Positions 21,436 to 30,993 of a stretch of 57,506 nt of DNA are shown here, piece by piece. Below the pieces are notes generated by a model. That model saw nothing but the letters and a program-made list of their open reading frames with translations, was not told the DNA's origin and ran no database searches. Made by a program: the position numbers and the translations under genes. The first letter of the stretch is position 1; every line of letters begins with the position of its first letter. Where the stretch lies: the NCBI GenBank assembly GCA_030141605.1, contig JAQGDQ010002418.1:1-57506 (forward strand). The letters are read 5' to 3'. The stretch comes from Tubiluchus corallicola (Eukaryota > Animalia > Priapulida).

Positions 21436-21752
21436 GGTATTTGCTTGTGGAATTAGATTTAGTTTTTTATATCTTACTGAGCGGAGTTATTTTTTGCCTA
21501 GGTTTGACGGGAGTCATCATTAGGAAAAATCTCATTACGATGTTTCTGTCTGCTGAGCTGATGCTTGCTGCCGTCAACATCAACTTCGCCGCCTTTGCAA
21601 GGTACCACGGAGATGTTGCCGGACAGATATTTGTGATATTTGTCATGGCGGTGGCTGCCGCAGAAGCTGCTGTGGGTCTTGCTCTCTTTATCTGTCTGTA
21701 TAGGAATAAAGAGACCATTAATGTTGATGAAATAAATGCGTTGGAAGGATAA
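21432..21752 (+). CDS. nuoK: NADH-quinone oxidoreductase subunit K
   Basis: SAELML, AAAEAAVGLAL. Confidence 0.95.
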   Translation: MRYLLVELDLVFYILLSGVIFCLGLTGVIIRKNLITMFLSAELMLAAVNINFAAFARYHGDVAGQIFVIFVMAVAAAEAAVGLALFICLYRNKETINVDEINALEG

Positions 21753-21755
21753 ATT

Positions 21756-23663
21756 ATGATGGAACTTGTGGTTCTGCTATCTCCCTTGGTTGCGTTTTTG
21801 GCAAACGGAATATTTTCCCGGAGATACTTTCAAAATTATGCCCATTATGTGGCAATAGGTGGCGTACTGATATCCTTTGTGGGTTCCCTTTACCTCTCCT
21901 TTGCCGTTTTGACCGGTGGCACTATTGATAAAAATGTCTATCTCCTGGTTAATGCGGGTAGTATGAGCATTCCGTTCGGAATCCTGATCGACCCCTTGAC
22001 ATGCGTGATGCTCATGGTGGTTACCATAGTCAGTTCCATGGTTCATATCTACTCCATTGGATATATGCATCACGATGACGGTTTTAACAGATTTTTCGCA
22101 TATCTGTCCCTGTTTACATTCTCCATGCTAATGCTCGTTATGGGGAATAACTTCCTCCTGATGTTCGTAGGTTGGGAGCTTGTGGGATTGTCATCATACC
22201 TCTTGATCGGGTTTTGGTACCAGAAGAGGAGCGCTTCCTCAGCGGCTACAAAAGCTTTTATAATGAACAGGGTCGGCGACTTCGGCTTTTACATCGGTCT
22301 GCTGCTCATAGTCGTCATTTTTGGTAGTTTGACATATGCGGATGTGTTTGACGAATCGGCTGTCAGCTCCGTTGCAGGCATGAAGTACCATATCTTCGGA
22401 ATAACCTTGTCGATGACGGACATTATTGCCCTATTCCTGTTTTGCGGAGCCATAGGCAAATCGGCACAATTCCCCCTACACACATGGTTGCCGGATGCCA
22501 TGGAGGGTCCAACCCCCGTTTCGGCGTTAATTCACGCTGCCACCATGGTTACTGCGGGAGTTTATATGATCGCCCGTTGCAACATGATTTTCGGCTCTGC
22601 GCCGCTTGCAGGCACTATCGTCGTATATATCGGTCTCATCACCGCACTGATCGGTGCTACCATAGGCATGACGCAGTTTGACTTTAAGCGCATCCTCGCA
22701 TACTCCACCGTTTCACAGTTGGGATATATGATCATGGCTGTGGGAGCTGGTGCTTACATTGCGGGAATGTTTCATCTTTTTACTCACGCATTCTTTAAGG
22801 GATTGCTATTCTTGTGTTCCGGTTCTGTTATGCATGCTATGCAGAATGAACTGGACGTCAGAAAAATGGGAGGATTGCGAAAGAAGATGCCTGTAACCTC
22901 CATTACGTTTTTAATAGGTTGTATCGCAATAGCTGGTATTCCACCGCTTGCGGGCTTTTTCAGCAAGGACTCCATATTGGCCAGCCTGTTTGCTTCGGGG
23001 CATATATTTCCTTGGGTTATGGGTATGGTTATCGCTCTCATGACCTCCTTTTATATGTTTAGGTCGTGGTTTATGGTGTTTACCGGTGAGGCTAGAGATA
23101 AGCATCTCTTTGATCATGCTCACGAGTCGCCCCGTAGCATGACTGTCCCCCTTGTGATATTGGCGTTTTTCAGCGTTACTGTGGGCTTCTTGGGTTTCCC
23201 CCCGGAGAAGGGCTTATTCTTCAAATTTTTGACCCCTGTGCTCACTAATGAGTTTGTGCATATCCCGCACCTCTCTTATAGCCTGGAATATTCGCTGATG
23301 CTTCTGTCCGTTATCGTCGGTGGTATAGGTGTTTTTATATCTTGGCTGTTCTATGTGAAGGATACTTCCTTACCTGGAAAGGTGGTGTTGAAGATTCGTC
23401 CCGTACACGGCTTTGTGTACAAAAAATGGCTGTTTGACGAGCTTTACGATACCCTGTTTGTCAGATCCACCATAAGATTTTCTGTGTTTTTATGGAAAGC
23501 GATAGATGTGAATGTAATTGACTACGCTGTGAACCTTTATGCAAATATGATGAAGTCCGCAGGTTCTGTTTTGAGAAGATCTCAAACAGGCAACATTGAG
23601 ACCTACCTATACGCTTTGGCTATCGGTGGCGTGGTTGTAGTTACCTTCTTTTACAAATATTAA
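21756..23663 (+). CDS. nuoL: NADH-quinone oxidoreductase subunit L
   Basis: KSAQFPLHTWLPDAMEGPTPVSALIHAATMV. Confidence 0.97.
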   Translation: MMELVVLLSPLVAFLANGIFSRRYFQNYAHYVAIGGVLISFVGSLYLSFAVLTGGTIDKNVYLLVNAGSMSIPFGILIDPLTCVMLMVVTIVSSMVHIYSIGYMHHDDGFNRFFAYLSLFTFSMLMLVMGNNFLLMFVGWELVGLSSYLLIGFWYQKRSASSAATKAFIMNRVGDFGFYIGLLLIVVIFGSLTYADVFDESAVSSVAGMKYHIFGITLSMTDIIALFLFCGAIGKSAQFPLHTWLPDAMEGPTPVSALIHAATMVTAGVYMIARCNMIFGSAPLAGTIVVYIGLITALIGATIGMTQFDFKRILAYSTVSQLGYMIMAVGAGAYIAGMFHLFTHAFFKGLLFLCSGSVMHAMQNELDVRKMGGLRKKMPVTSITFLIGCIAIAGIPPLAGFFSKDSILASLFASGHIFPWVMGMVIALMTSFYMFRSWFMVFTGEARDKHLFDHAHESPRSMTVPLVILAFFSVTVGFLGFPPEKGLFFKFLTPVLTNEFVHIPHLSYSLEYSLMLLSVIVGGIGVFISWLFYVKDTSLPGKVVLKIRPVHGFVYKKWLFDELYDTLFVRSTIRFSVFLWKAIDVNVIDYAVNLYANMMKSAGSVLRRSQTGNIETYLYALAIGGVVVVTFFYKY

Positions 23664-23674
23664 GAGGCTGCTAA

Positions 23675-25258
23675 ATGATAAGTTTTCAACTTCCCTTACT
23701 TCCTACGTTTGCTAGTGGCGCAAGTTCCGCCGGGCTTAGTGCTCCCATATTCGTCAGCGGTATGAGTTCCGTCGGGCTTAGTTTCCCCATACTTTCATTT
23801 TTGATATTTTTCCCCCTTGTGGCGGCCATAATAATTGCTGTTTTTATCAAGGATCAAAAGTTTGTCAAACATGTAGCTTTTTGGGCGAGTGTTGTGGAAT
23901 TGGTCTTTGCCGTATACCTTATGAAAATATTCGATAAGAATGTGGCTGGTATGCAGTTTGTGGAGCAAATTGTCCTCTACTCACCCTTTAACTTCAGCTA
24001 TTTTGTGGGTGTCGATGGGATATCTATCCTGATGGTTTTTCTCACTGCACTGCTCTGCTCTGTGTCGGTTTTGGGCTCTTACAAATATATCAACACTCGG
24101 GAAAAAGAGTTTTACATAAGCTTGCTCATCCTTGAGACTACCATGATAGGTGTGTTTTTGTGCCTTGATTTGCTGTTCTTCTACATCTTTTGGGAAGCTA
24201 TGCTTATCCCTATGTTCCTCATGATAGGTATCTGGGGAGGTGGGCGAAGGATATACTCCGCTGTCAAGTTCTTTATATATACCTTTTTTGGTTCCGTATT
24301 GATGCTTGTGGCTTTTATCGCCATCCTTATTACCTATTACAAGGCTATGGGAGTTCCAAACTTCAGCATTATTGAGTTGAGCAGCGTTAAGTATGCGTTT
24401 GCTTTACAGATATTTCTGTTTATCGGGATGTTTATCGCTTTTGCCATTAAGGTTCCGATGTTTCCGTTTCACACGTGGCTGCCGGATGCCCACGTTGATG
24501 CACCCACAGCCGGTTCTGTGATACTTGCCGGTATCCTCCTGAAGATGGGTACTTATGGCATATTGAGATTCTGTATACCGATAACCCCTGACGCTTTTGT
24601 GGCGTTTGCGCCTTATGTGGCTTTTATCTCTGTTGTTGCTATCCTTTACGGGGCTTTTACGGCTGCTGTTCAGGAGGATGTGAAGAAGCTCATCGCGTAT
24701 TCTTCCGTTTCTCACATGGGTTTTGTCACTTTGGGCTTTGCTTCTATGAACGTGGTCGGCATTAAAGGCGGAATATACCAGATGCTCACCCACGGAATTA
24801 TCACTGGGGCGCTCTTTTTGCTCGTGGGCATTATCTACGAGAGGACGCACTCCAGACTTATCAGCGACTATGGTGGAATTACGAAGCATGTGCCCGTGTT
24901 TGCGGTGCTGTTGATGATATTCTCCATGGGCTCCCTGGGCTTGCCCGGAATGGGTGCTTTTGTGGGGGAATTGTTGGTGTTTATCGGCGCTTTTAGCGTT
25001 TACAAATATATGACGATCGTTGCCATCAGTGGAATTATATTGTCAGCATTTTATATGCTTTGGATGTATCAACGGGTTATGTTTCAGGAACCCAACCCGA
25101 AATGGAGCGGTATCTCGGACATCACTCCTAGGGAGCATGTTGTTATGCTTCCCCTTGTGATACTGGTTTTCTGGACAGGAATATATCCTGAATTCTTCCT
25201 GTCTTATATGGATGCTAGTGTGGAACATTTGGTGGGCTTTATTACTTTGGCCCGCTGA
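23675..25258 (+). CDS. nuoM: NADH-quinone oxidoreductase subunit M
   Basis: KVPMFPFHTWLPDAHVDAP. The N-terminus contains a 14-codon duplication; alternative start at ATG 23762. Confidence 0.96.
   Translation: MISFQLPLLPTFASGASSAGLSAPIFVSGMSSVGLSFPILSFLIFFPLVAAIIIAVFIKDQKFVKHVAFWASVVELVFAVYLMKIFDKNVAGMQFVEQIVLYSPFNFSYFVGVDGISILMVFLTALLCSVSVLGSYKYINTREKEFYISLLILETTMIGVFLCLDLLFFYIFWEAMLIPMFLMIGIWGGGRRIYSAVKFFIYTFFGSVLMLVAFIAILITYYKAMGVPNFSIIELSSVKYAFALQIFLFIGMFIAFAIKVPMFPFHTWLPDAHVDAPTAGSVILAGILLKMGTYGILRFCIPITPDAFVAFAPYVAFISVVAILYGAFTAAVQEDVKKLIAYSSVSHMGFVTLGFASMNVVGIKGGIYQMLTHGIITGALFLLVGIIYERTHSRLISDYGGITKHVPVFAVLLMIFSMGSLGLPGMGAFVGELLVFIGAFSVYKYMTIVAISGIILSAFYMLWMYQRVMFQEPNPKWSGISDITPREHVVMLPLVILVFWTGIYPEFFLSYMDASVEHLVGFITLAR
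23714..23794 (+). repeat. Degenerate 42-bp-period tandem duplication at the nuoM 5' end
   Basis: AGTGGCGCAAGTTCCGCCGGGCTTAGTGCTCCCATA at 23714 versus AGCGGTATGAGTTCCGTCGGGCTTAGTTTCCCCATA at 23756. Confidence 0.85.
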
Positions 25259-25348
25259 GTATACCTGTATTTTTTTTAAATTTAACGATAATTTGATCTG
25301 TAATTTTCTGTTTTTTAAACAGTTTTGGAGTATTTTAGGAGGATCTTG

Positions 25349-26758
25349 ATGCCTTACATGCCGAGTTTAGATTCGTTTGCAACGATTTATCCTGCTGCCC
25401 TTATGGTGATATTTGCAGCGCTGTTGATAGTTGTGGACCTGATTGCCGTGAAAGAGAGAAAGGCGGGGGTAGGTTATTTTGCAATACTGCTCATCGTTGT
25501 TGCGGTGGTTGTCGCTTACTTCCTCAGGCTTGATTATTTTGAAGATCGCTCGTTAGTTATATTTGACAATATTTCCTACATTTTCTTTGTCGCTTTTGCC
25601 ATAAGTTTTGTGCTGTGCGCCCTTGGATCCATTGAGTATCTGAAAGCAAAAGGGGTGGAGAAAGGGGAATATTACATACTGCTCTTCTTTAGCATTGTCG
25701 GGATGCTGTTTATGGTTGGGGCGGCTGATTTTACAGTCTTTTACACAGGTCTTGAAACCATGGCAATATCCCTCTACGTCATTGCAGGGTATGAAAAAAA
25801 GAACAGATTCTCCAATGAAGCCGGGATAAAGTATTTCATAATGGGAATCGTTGCAAGTGCCATTATGCTCTACGGATTTAGCTTTATTTATGGGTTTACT
25901 GCATCTACCTCTTATTCTGCCATATATGATGTCATGCAGACGAATTATGCCGATGGAATACCTTTTGGTCTCAAGTTTGGCTTTGCTCTGGTGTTTGTCG
26001 GGTTTGCATTCAAGATAGCTGCGGTGCCGTTTCATATGTGGGCTCCGGATGTTTATACCGGTTCTCCCACTCCTGCTGTGGGCTTCTTGTCTGTTGCTCC
26101 TAAGACTGCCGCTATTGTAGCTCTTTGGAGGATGTTTGAAATAACGGGATATGACATACTGTATGCGCTCGGCGTGGTTGCGGTGCTCTCCATGACTGTG
26201 GGGAACCTTATCGCCATCGTTCAGGACAACATAAAGAGGATGTTGGCTTATTCCGCAATTTCCCATGCGGGGTATGTATTGCTCGCTGTCTGTGCAAGCT
26301 CCCATTCTGCCATAGCTCTGTATATGATAGTTTATGCGTTTATGAATATGGGGGCGTTTACTATCCTCAGTATATTTAGGAAGAGTAATGGAGAGGATGC
26401 GTTATCCTTCAAGGATTTTGCAGGGCTGTCAAAGAGCTACCCCCTCGTTGCCCTGAGTATGCTCATATTTATGCTGTCACTTGCCGGTGTGCCGCCCTTT
26501 GGAGGCTTCATTGCAAAATTCTATCTGTTCGGCGCAGCTTTCAACGACGGTCTTTATCTGCTAGTCCTTATCGCTGCCATTAATAGCGTTATCGGTTGTT
26601 ACTACTACCTTCGGGTGTGCGTCTATATGTACTTCATGGACAATGACGAAAAACTGACCTCGATTGGTGGCATCAATGCTTACGTGGGTATATCCATATC
26701 CGCTTTTGCCATTGTGATTACCGGTATTTTGCCGAACGTGCTGCTCTCGCTGTTATAA
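25349..26758 (+). CDS. nuoN: NADH-quinone oxidoreductase subunit N
   Basis: EAGIKYF, FKIAAVPFHMWAPDVY; ATG after an AGGAGG RBS. Confidence 0.96.
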   Translation: MPYMPSLDSFATIYPAALMVIFAALLIVVDLIAVKERKAGVGYFAILLIVVAVVVAYFLRLDYFEDRSLVIFDNISYIFFVAFAISFVLCALGSIEYLKAKGVEKGEYYILLFFSIVGMLFMVGAADFTVFYTGLETMAISLYVIAGYEKKNRFSNEAGIKYFIMGIVASAIMLYGFSFIYGFTASTSYSAIYDVMQTNYADGIPFGLKFGFALVFVGFAFKIAAVPFHMWAPDVYTGSPTPAVGFLSVAPKTAAIVALWRMFEITGYDILYALGVVAVLSMTVGNLIAIVQDNIKRMLAYSAISHAGYVLLAVCASSHSAIALYMIVYAFMNMGAFTILSIFRKSNGEDALSFKDFAGLSKSYPLVALSMLIFMLSLAGVPPFGGFIAKFYLFGAAFNDGLYLLVLIAAINSVIGCYYYLRVCVYMYFMDNDEKLTSIGGINAYVGISISAFAIVITGILPNVLLSLL

Positions 26759-26835
26759 AACAACCTTGACCCCAAAAAGCTGATAGTGACTTGGGGTTGT
26801 TGGAGATTGGGCACAAGGGACTAGTGGTCGGGGCA

Positions 26836-26974
26836 CGTGGATGGAGTTGCGTTCACTTGGCAGTATATCCACCTGATGGATGGGCGATGAGCTACGCGTG
26901 GATGGAGTTACGAGAGGGAGCTCTTGGAAGAGACGGGGGTGCGTATCGGCGAGCTACGCGTGGATGGAGTTGCG
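26836..26974. repeat. Three-repeat mini-array with unique spacers
   Basis: Core CGTGGATGGAGTT at 26836, 26897 and 26959 (period 61-62 bp). Copies 2 and 3 share GAGCTACGCGTGGATGGAGTT. 26911..26947 matches 35191..35226. Confidence 0.85.
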
Positions 26975-27172
26975 GTGTTATAGGCGGCCTCTTACGGGCA
27001 GGGTCCCCTTATTAAGGTGGGTCTTAGGTGTATTTCATGACGCTTAAGAGGTTTGAAATATCGACCTCTCTAAGGTGGGGTCTCTATAAAACCCACGGAG
27101 CCCGGTGTAAAGCTTGACAAAACCACGAGAGTAGCAAGAGGGAACAGCCGCAAAAACTCCTAAAGGCACGAG

Positions 27173-27463
27173 CTAATGGTGGGGAGCGGCCTTGACCTTT
27201 TCTATAGCAACCTTTATCTGTCTCATTATTGCAAGATCTGTTACATTGTGAGAGATATTGTCCCTCTGTATCATATCCAACACTTGATAGTTTGAAGGTA
27301 TGTTGTTAAGTGTAATAGCTGCAATGTCAATCAGGCAGATGCTGCAGGTGCATATGTCTTTGTCATCTGAATTATTTTCAAGATACTGAGCGATCTGATC
27401 CCAAACCCTTCGCTCGTTAATATTCTTCAACTGCTCGATATCAAGGAAGCTAAATTTAGACAT
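27173..27463 (-). CDS. ComFB (late competence development) family protein
   Basis: N.NE..V, CTCSICLIDIAAITLNNIPSNY and C-terminal KVKAAPHH pattern. Confidence 0.85.
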   Translation of the reverse strand: MSKFSFLDIEQLKNINERRVWDQIAQYLENNSDDKDICTCSICLIDIAAITLNNIPSNYQVLDMIQRDNISHNVTDLAIMRQIKVAIEKVKAAPHH

Positions 27464-27667
27464 AACCGATCACCTCTAAAGAAACTTACGCTATCTATTA
27501 TACCACAAAGATACGAGGACCAATCTACAGGAGCCCCTCCTCGACAGAGTATACATTACAAGATATTATTGTGTAAAGAATTGTTTACAGCCACTCAAGA
27601 TTGAATTAGTATATGTTGGCTGTGTGTATGGCTCGGCACTTATACCTTATGAAGTAGGAGAGACGAC

Positions 27668-28588
27668 ATGTTTGATAGTGTTAAAAAGGTGTGGATGAAT
27701 GGAAAACTTATCGATTTTCAAGATGCGAATGTACATGTTTTAACGCACACTTTGCATTATGGAGTGGGAGTATTTGAGGGAATCAGATGCTACAATACGC
27801 AAAAAGGATCCTGTGTATTTAGGCTTGGCGAACATATGAGGAGGCTACTTGACTCCGGAAAGATATACATGATGAATATACCCTATTCAGAGGATGAACT
27901 CGTAAAGGCTACGATGGATGTGATTAAGGCGAACGACTACAAGGAATGTTATATTCGCCCCATCTCCTTTTTTGGTTTTAAGAGTATGGGGATATATGTC
28001 GGGGATGACATGCCTATTGAGACGGTTATTGCCGCATGGCCCTGGGGAGCTTACCTCGGTGAAGAGGGGGTTACGCGCGGAATAAGGATATGCACCTCTT
28101 CATTTGTCAGATATCATGTGAATACTGTTGCAACCAGAGCAAAGGCTTGCGGACATTATACCACATCCGTTCTTGCAAAGAGGGAGGCTATCTTGGATGG
28201 GTATGACGAAGCCCTCCTCCTTGACAGCGAGGGTTATGTCGGCGAAGGTAGTGGAGAGAATATATTCATGGTGCGGAACGGAGTTATCTATACACCGCCG
28301 CTGAGCTCCATTTTAGACGGAATAACCAGAAATTCCATAATGGAGATCGCCGTTGATTTGGGATACAAGGTTGTGGAACGCAGGATCAGCAGGGATGAAT
28401 TGTATATTGCGGACGAAGCTTTCTTCACAGGTACGGCGGCTGAAATTACCCCCATCAGAGAGCTGGATAGGAGACCTATCGGAAAAGGGAGCAGAGGCGA
28501 TATTACAGAACAGCTTCAGAACGCATTCTTTGATGCGATAAATGGCAAATATGAAAAGTTCTCCCATTGGTTGACATACGTCAAATGA
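27668..28588 (+). CDS. ilvE: Branched-chain amino acid aminotransferase
   Basis: LHYGVGVFEGIRCY, EGSGENIF, ILDGITR, FFTGTAAEITP. Confidence 0.97.
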   Translation: MFDSVKKVWMNGKLIDFQDANVHVLTHTLHYGVGVFEGIRCYNTQKGSCVFRLGEHMRRLLDSGKIYMMNIPYSEDELVKATMDVIKANDYKECYIRPISFFGFKSMGIYVGDDMPIETVIAAWPWGAYLGEEGVTRGIRICTSSFVRYHVNTVATRAKACGHYTTSVLAKREAILDGYDEALLLDSEGYVGEGSGENIFMVRNGVIYTPPLSSILDGITRNSIMEIAVDLGYKVVERRISRDELYIADEAFFTGTAAEITPIRELDRRPIGKGSRGDITEQLQNAFFDAINGKYEKFSHWLTYVK

Positions 28589-30993
28589 TAGTGATAGATG
28601 GCAACTCTGTCAGCTACAGCGCATATTACAAGGCTCCACCGCTTCACAGCCAATCCGGTGTTGCGACAGGTGTCATCCACGTATTTTTGTCTGTGATCAT
28701 CTCTCTTCTTGAAAAGTTTGAAGATGAGACGATCGCCGTCGTTTTTGATGCAAAGGGGAAGAATAGAAGGCACCAGCTGTTTGAGGAATACAAAGCTAAC
28801 AGAAGCAGTATGCCCGAAGATTTGCGCCCCCAGATTGATGCTCTTAAGGAGTGTTTGCCGCTATTCGGTCTTTCTGTCTACTGTGTCGAGGGTGTTGAGG
28901 CTGATGACGTTATAAATACCATTGTCAAGACAACAGCTGAAGAGGATGTCAAGCTCATCACGAAGGACAAAGACCTGTTGCAATTGGTTGGCAGTTCTGT
29001 AAAGGCTTACGACTATCAGAGAGATCTATATACGGGCGAAGATGATGTCTTGCAAAAATTTGGGGTATCTCCTTCCCAGATTGTGGATTATCTATCCCTT
29101 ACGGGGGACAAATCTGACAACATCCCCGGCGTCAATCGAATAGGGGATAAAACCGCTTCAAAACTTCTCCAAACGTACGGCACCTTGGAGAATATCTATC
29201 AGAATATAGACAATATCGGGGGCAAGCTACGGGAATATCTCGTTTTGGGTGAGCAGAGCGCTTTCTTGAGTAGAGAGCTTGTGAGCCTTATGCATGTGGA
29301 GGGTTTGCCTGCGCCTGCCCGTTCTGACATTGACCGGGAACTGCTAAATAGCTTCTTTGATGAGCATAACCTCACAGGGATTGCTTCAAGGTTTGCCAAA
29401 TTGCACGGCTCTGCCCCGAGAGAGGCAAAACTCCCGAGCTTTCCGAAGGGTTTTGTAAAAAAAGCCGAATATATTGTTGCAACTTCGGACGCTCTATATG
29501 TGGCTGACAATAGCTGTTACTCCGCATATGAAGAGTATGACGGTCATTTTGGGTTTGAGCTCAAGTGTTATGATTATAAAAAGATCGTCAAGTATGGGAT
29601 AAAACAGGACTTTGTGAAGGTCTATGACTATCTGTTGATTTCATGGTTGATAGACCCGGATAGTGGCGGCATAAAACAGGGGAAGGGTGAAGATGACGCC
29701 TCATTTATCCAGAGAGTGATATCGTTGTCATCTTATCTTGAGGAAGCTTTGGAGAAGAATGAGCTTGAGGATCTCTATTTTGACCTTGAAGTGCCCGTTG
29801 CCGCTGCGTTAGCTGCAATGGAGAGTGTCGGGATATTGATAGATGCTCCCCGGATAAAGGAGCTTGAACTATTTTTGGACACAGAATCCGCCAAGATTTA
29901 TCAGGATGTGATGGATGCTGCAGGTTATGAATTTAACTTAAATTCCCCTATCCAGCTGTCTGAATATCTGTATGATAAGCTCAAGATAAAGCCGATTAAG
30001 AAGACTAAGACCGGTTACTCTACAAACGAAGAGACTTTGCACGAAATCTGCAACAGAAATCCGCATATGGCGCCCGTCATTGAACCGATCTTGAAGTATC
30101 GTGAACTGAATAAAATATTGTCCACCTATGCTCGTCCTTTGCCCTCTTATGCAGATGAAGGTGGTCGGATACATACCGACTTTAATCAGACCGGCACCGC
30201 CACAGGCAGACTGTCCTCCAGCAATCCGAACTTGCAAAATATTCCATCGAGGGGAGAGATGTCAAAAGCTGTCAGGAAGGCTTTTGTGGGAGCGGATGGT
30301 TATAGGCTTGTGAGCTTTGACTATTCTCAAATAGAGCTGCGTATACTTGCCCATCTGTCCAAAGATCAAAACCTGATAGATAGTTTCATGCAAAATGTAG
30401 ATGTCCATGCAGCTACAGCCTTGAGGATATTGGATGTCAATGAGGATCAGATCTTTGAGGAGGAGAGACGCATAGCAAAGGCTGTCAACTTTGGAATCAT
30501 TTATGGGTTGAGCCCCTATGGGCTTTCCCGGAGCATCGGAGTTGGCGTTGCGGAGGCGTCCGACTTTATAGAGAAATATTTTGCCCACTATTCTGCAGTC
30601 AAGGGCTATCTGGATTACACCAGGGAGTTTGCCGCAGAGCACGGCTATGTCCGGACTATACTGGGAAGAAAAAGATTGATAAAATCTATCAACAGCAGGA
30701 ACAAAAATGAAGCGGAGAGAGCATCCAGGATAGCGCTGAATGCACCGATACAGGGGAGTGCTTCTGATATAATCAAACTCGCTATGATTAATTGTTCAAA
30801 AAAGCTCGAGGAATCTAAATTTGACGGGCAGCTACTGCTGCAGATACATGACGAGCTTATTTTTGAGGTTGCCGAAGATTGTACAGAAGACTTCATCACG
30901 GTGATGAAGAGCGTCATGGAGAATGTGCTTAGTCTCGATGTGCCGCTTTCTGTCAATGCCTTTGAGAGCAAAAGCTGGGGAGAGTTGAAGTAA
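28585..30993 (+). CDS. polA: DNA polymerase I
   Basis: 5'-3' exonuclease (IDGNS, YKANR, EADD, GDKSDNIPGV) and polymerase motifs (DYSQIELR, AKAVNFGIIYG, QIHDEL). The middle domain is short and degenerate. Confidence 0.97.
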   Translation: MIVIDGNSVSYSAYYKAPPLHSQSGVATGVIHVFLSVIISLLEKFEDETIAVVFDAKGKNRRHQLFEEYKANRSSMPEDLRPQIDALKECLPLFGLSVYCVEGVEADDVINTIVKTTAEEDVKLITKDKDLLQLVGSSVKAYDYQRDLYTGEDDVLQKFGVSPSQIVDYLSLTGDKSDNIPGVNRIGDKTASKLLQTYGTLENIYQNIDNIGGKLREYLVLGEQSAFLSRELVSLMHVEGLPAPARSDIDRELLNSFFDEHNLTGIASRFAKLHGSAPREAKLPSFPKGFVKKAEYIVATSDALYVADNSCYSAYEEYDGHFGFELKCYDYKKIVKYGIKQDFVKVYDYLLISWLIDPDSGGIKQGKGEDDASFIQRVISLSSYLEEALEKNELEDLYFDLEVPVAAALAAMESVGILIDAPRIKELELFLDTESAKIYQDVMDAAGYEFNLNSPIQLSEYLYDKLKIKPIKKTKTGYSTNEETLHEICNRNPHMAPVIEPILKYRELNKILSTYARPLPSYADEGGRIHTDFNQTGTATGRLSSSNPNLQNIPSRGEMSKAVRKAFVGADGYRLVSFDYSQIELRILAHLSKDQNLIDSFMQNVDVHAATALRILDVNEDQIFEEERRIAKAVNFGIIYGLSPYGLSRSIGVGVAEASDFIEKYFAHYSAVKGYLDYTREFAAEHGYVRTILGRKRLIKSINSRNKNEAERASRIALNAPIQGSASDIIKLAMINCSKKLEESKFDGQLLLQIHDELIFEVAEDCTEDFITVMKSVMENVLSLDVPLSVNAFESKSWGELK

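Noticed and set aside
26836-26974. Calling the mini-array a bona fide CRISPR
   Set aside because: Only three repeats, the first partial; no recognisable repeat terminus, leader or cas genes. Kept as an unexplained repeat-spacer structure.
26791-27015. 74-aa ORF across the mini-array
   Set aside because: No RBS, TTG start, composition dictated by the repeats; not supported as coding.
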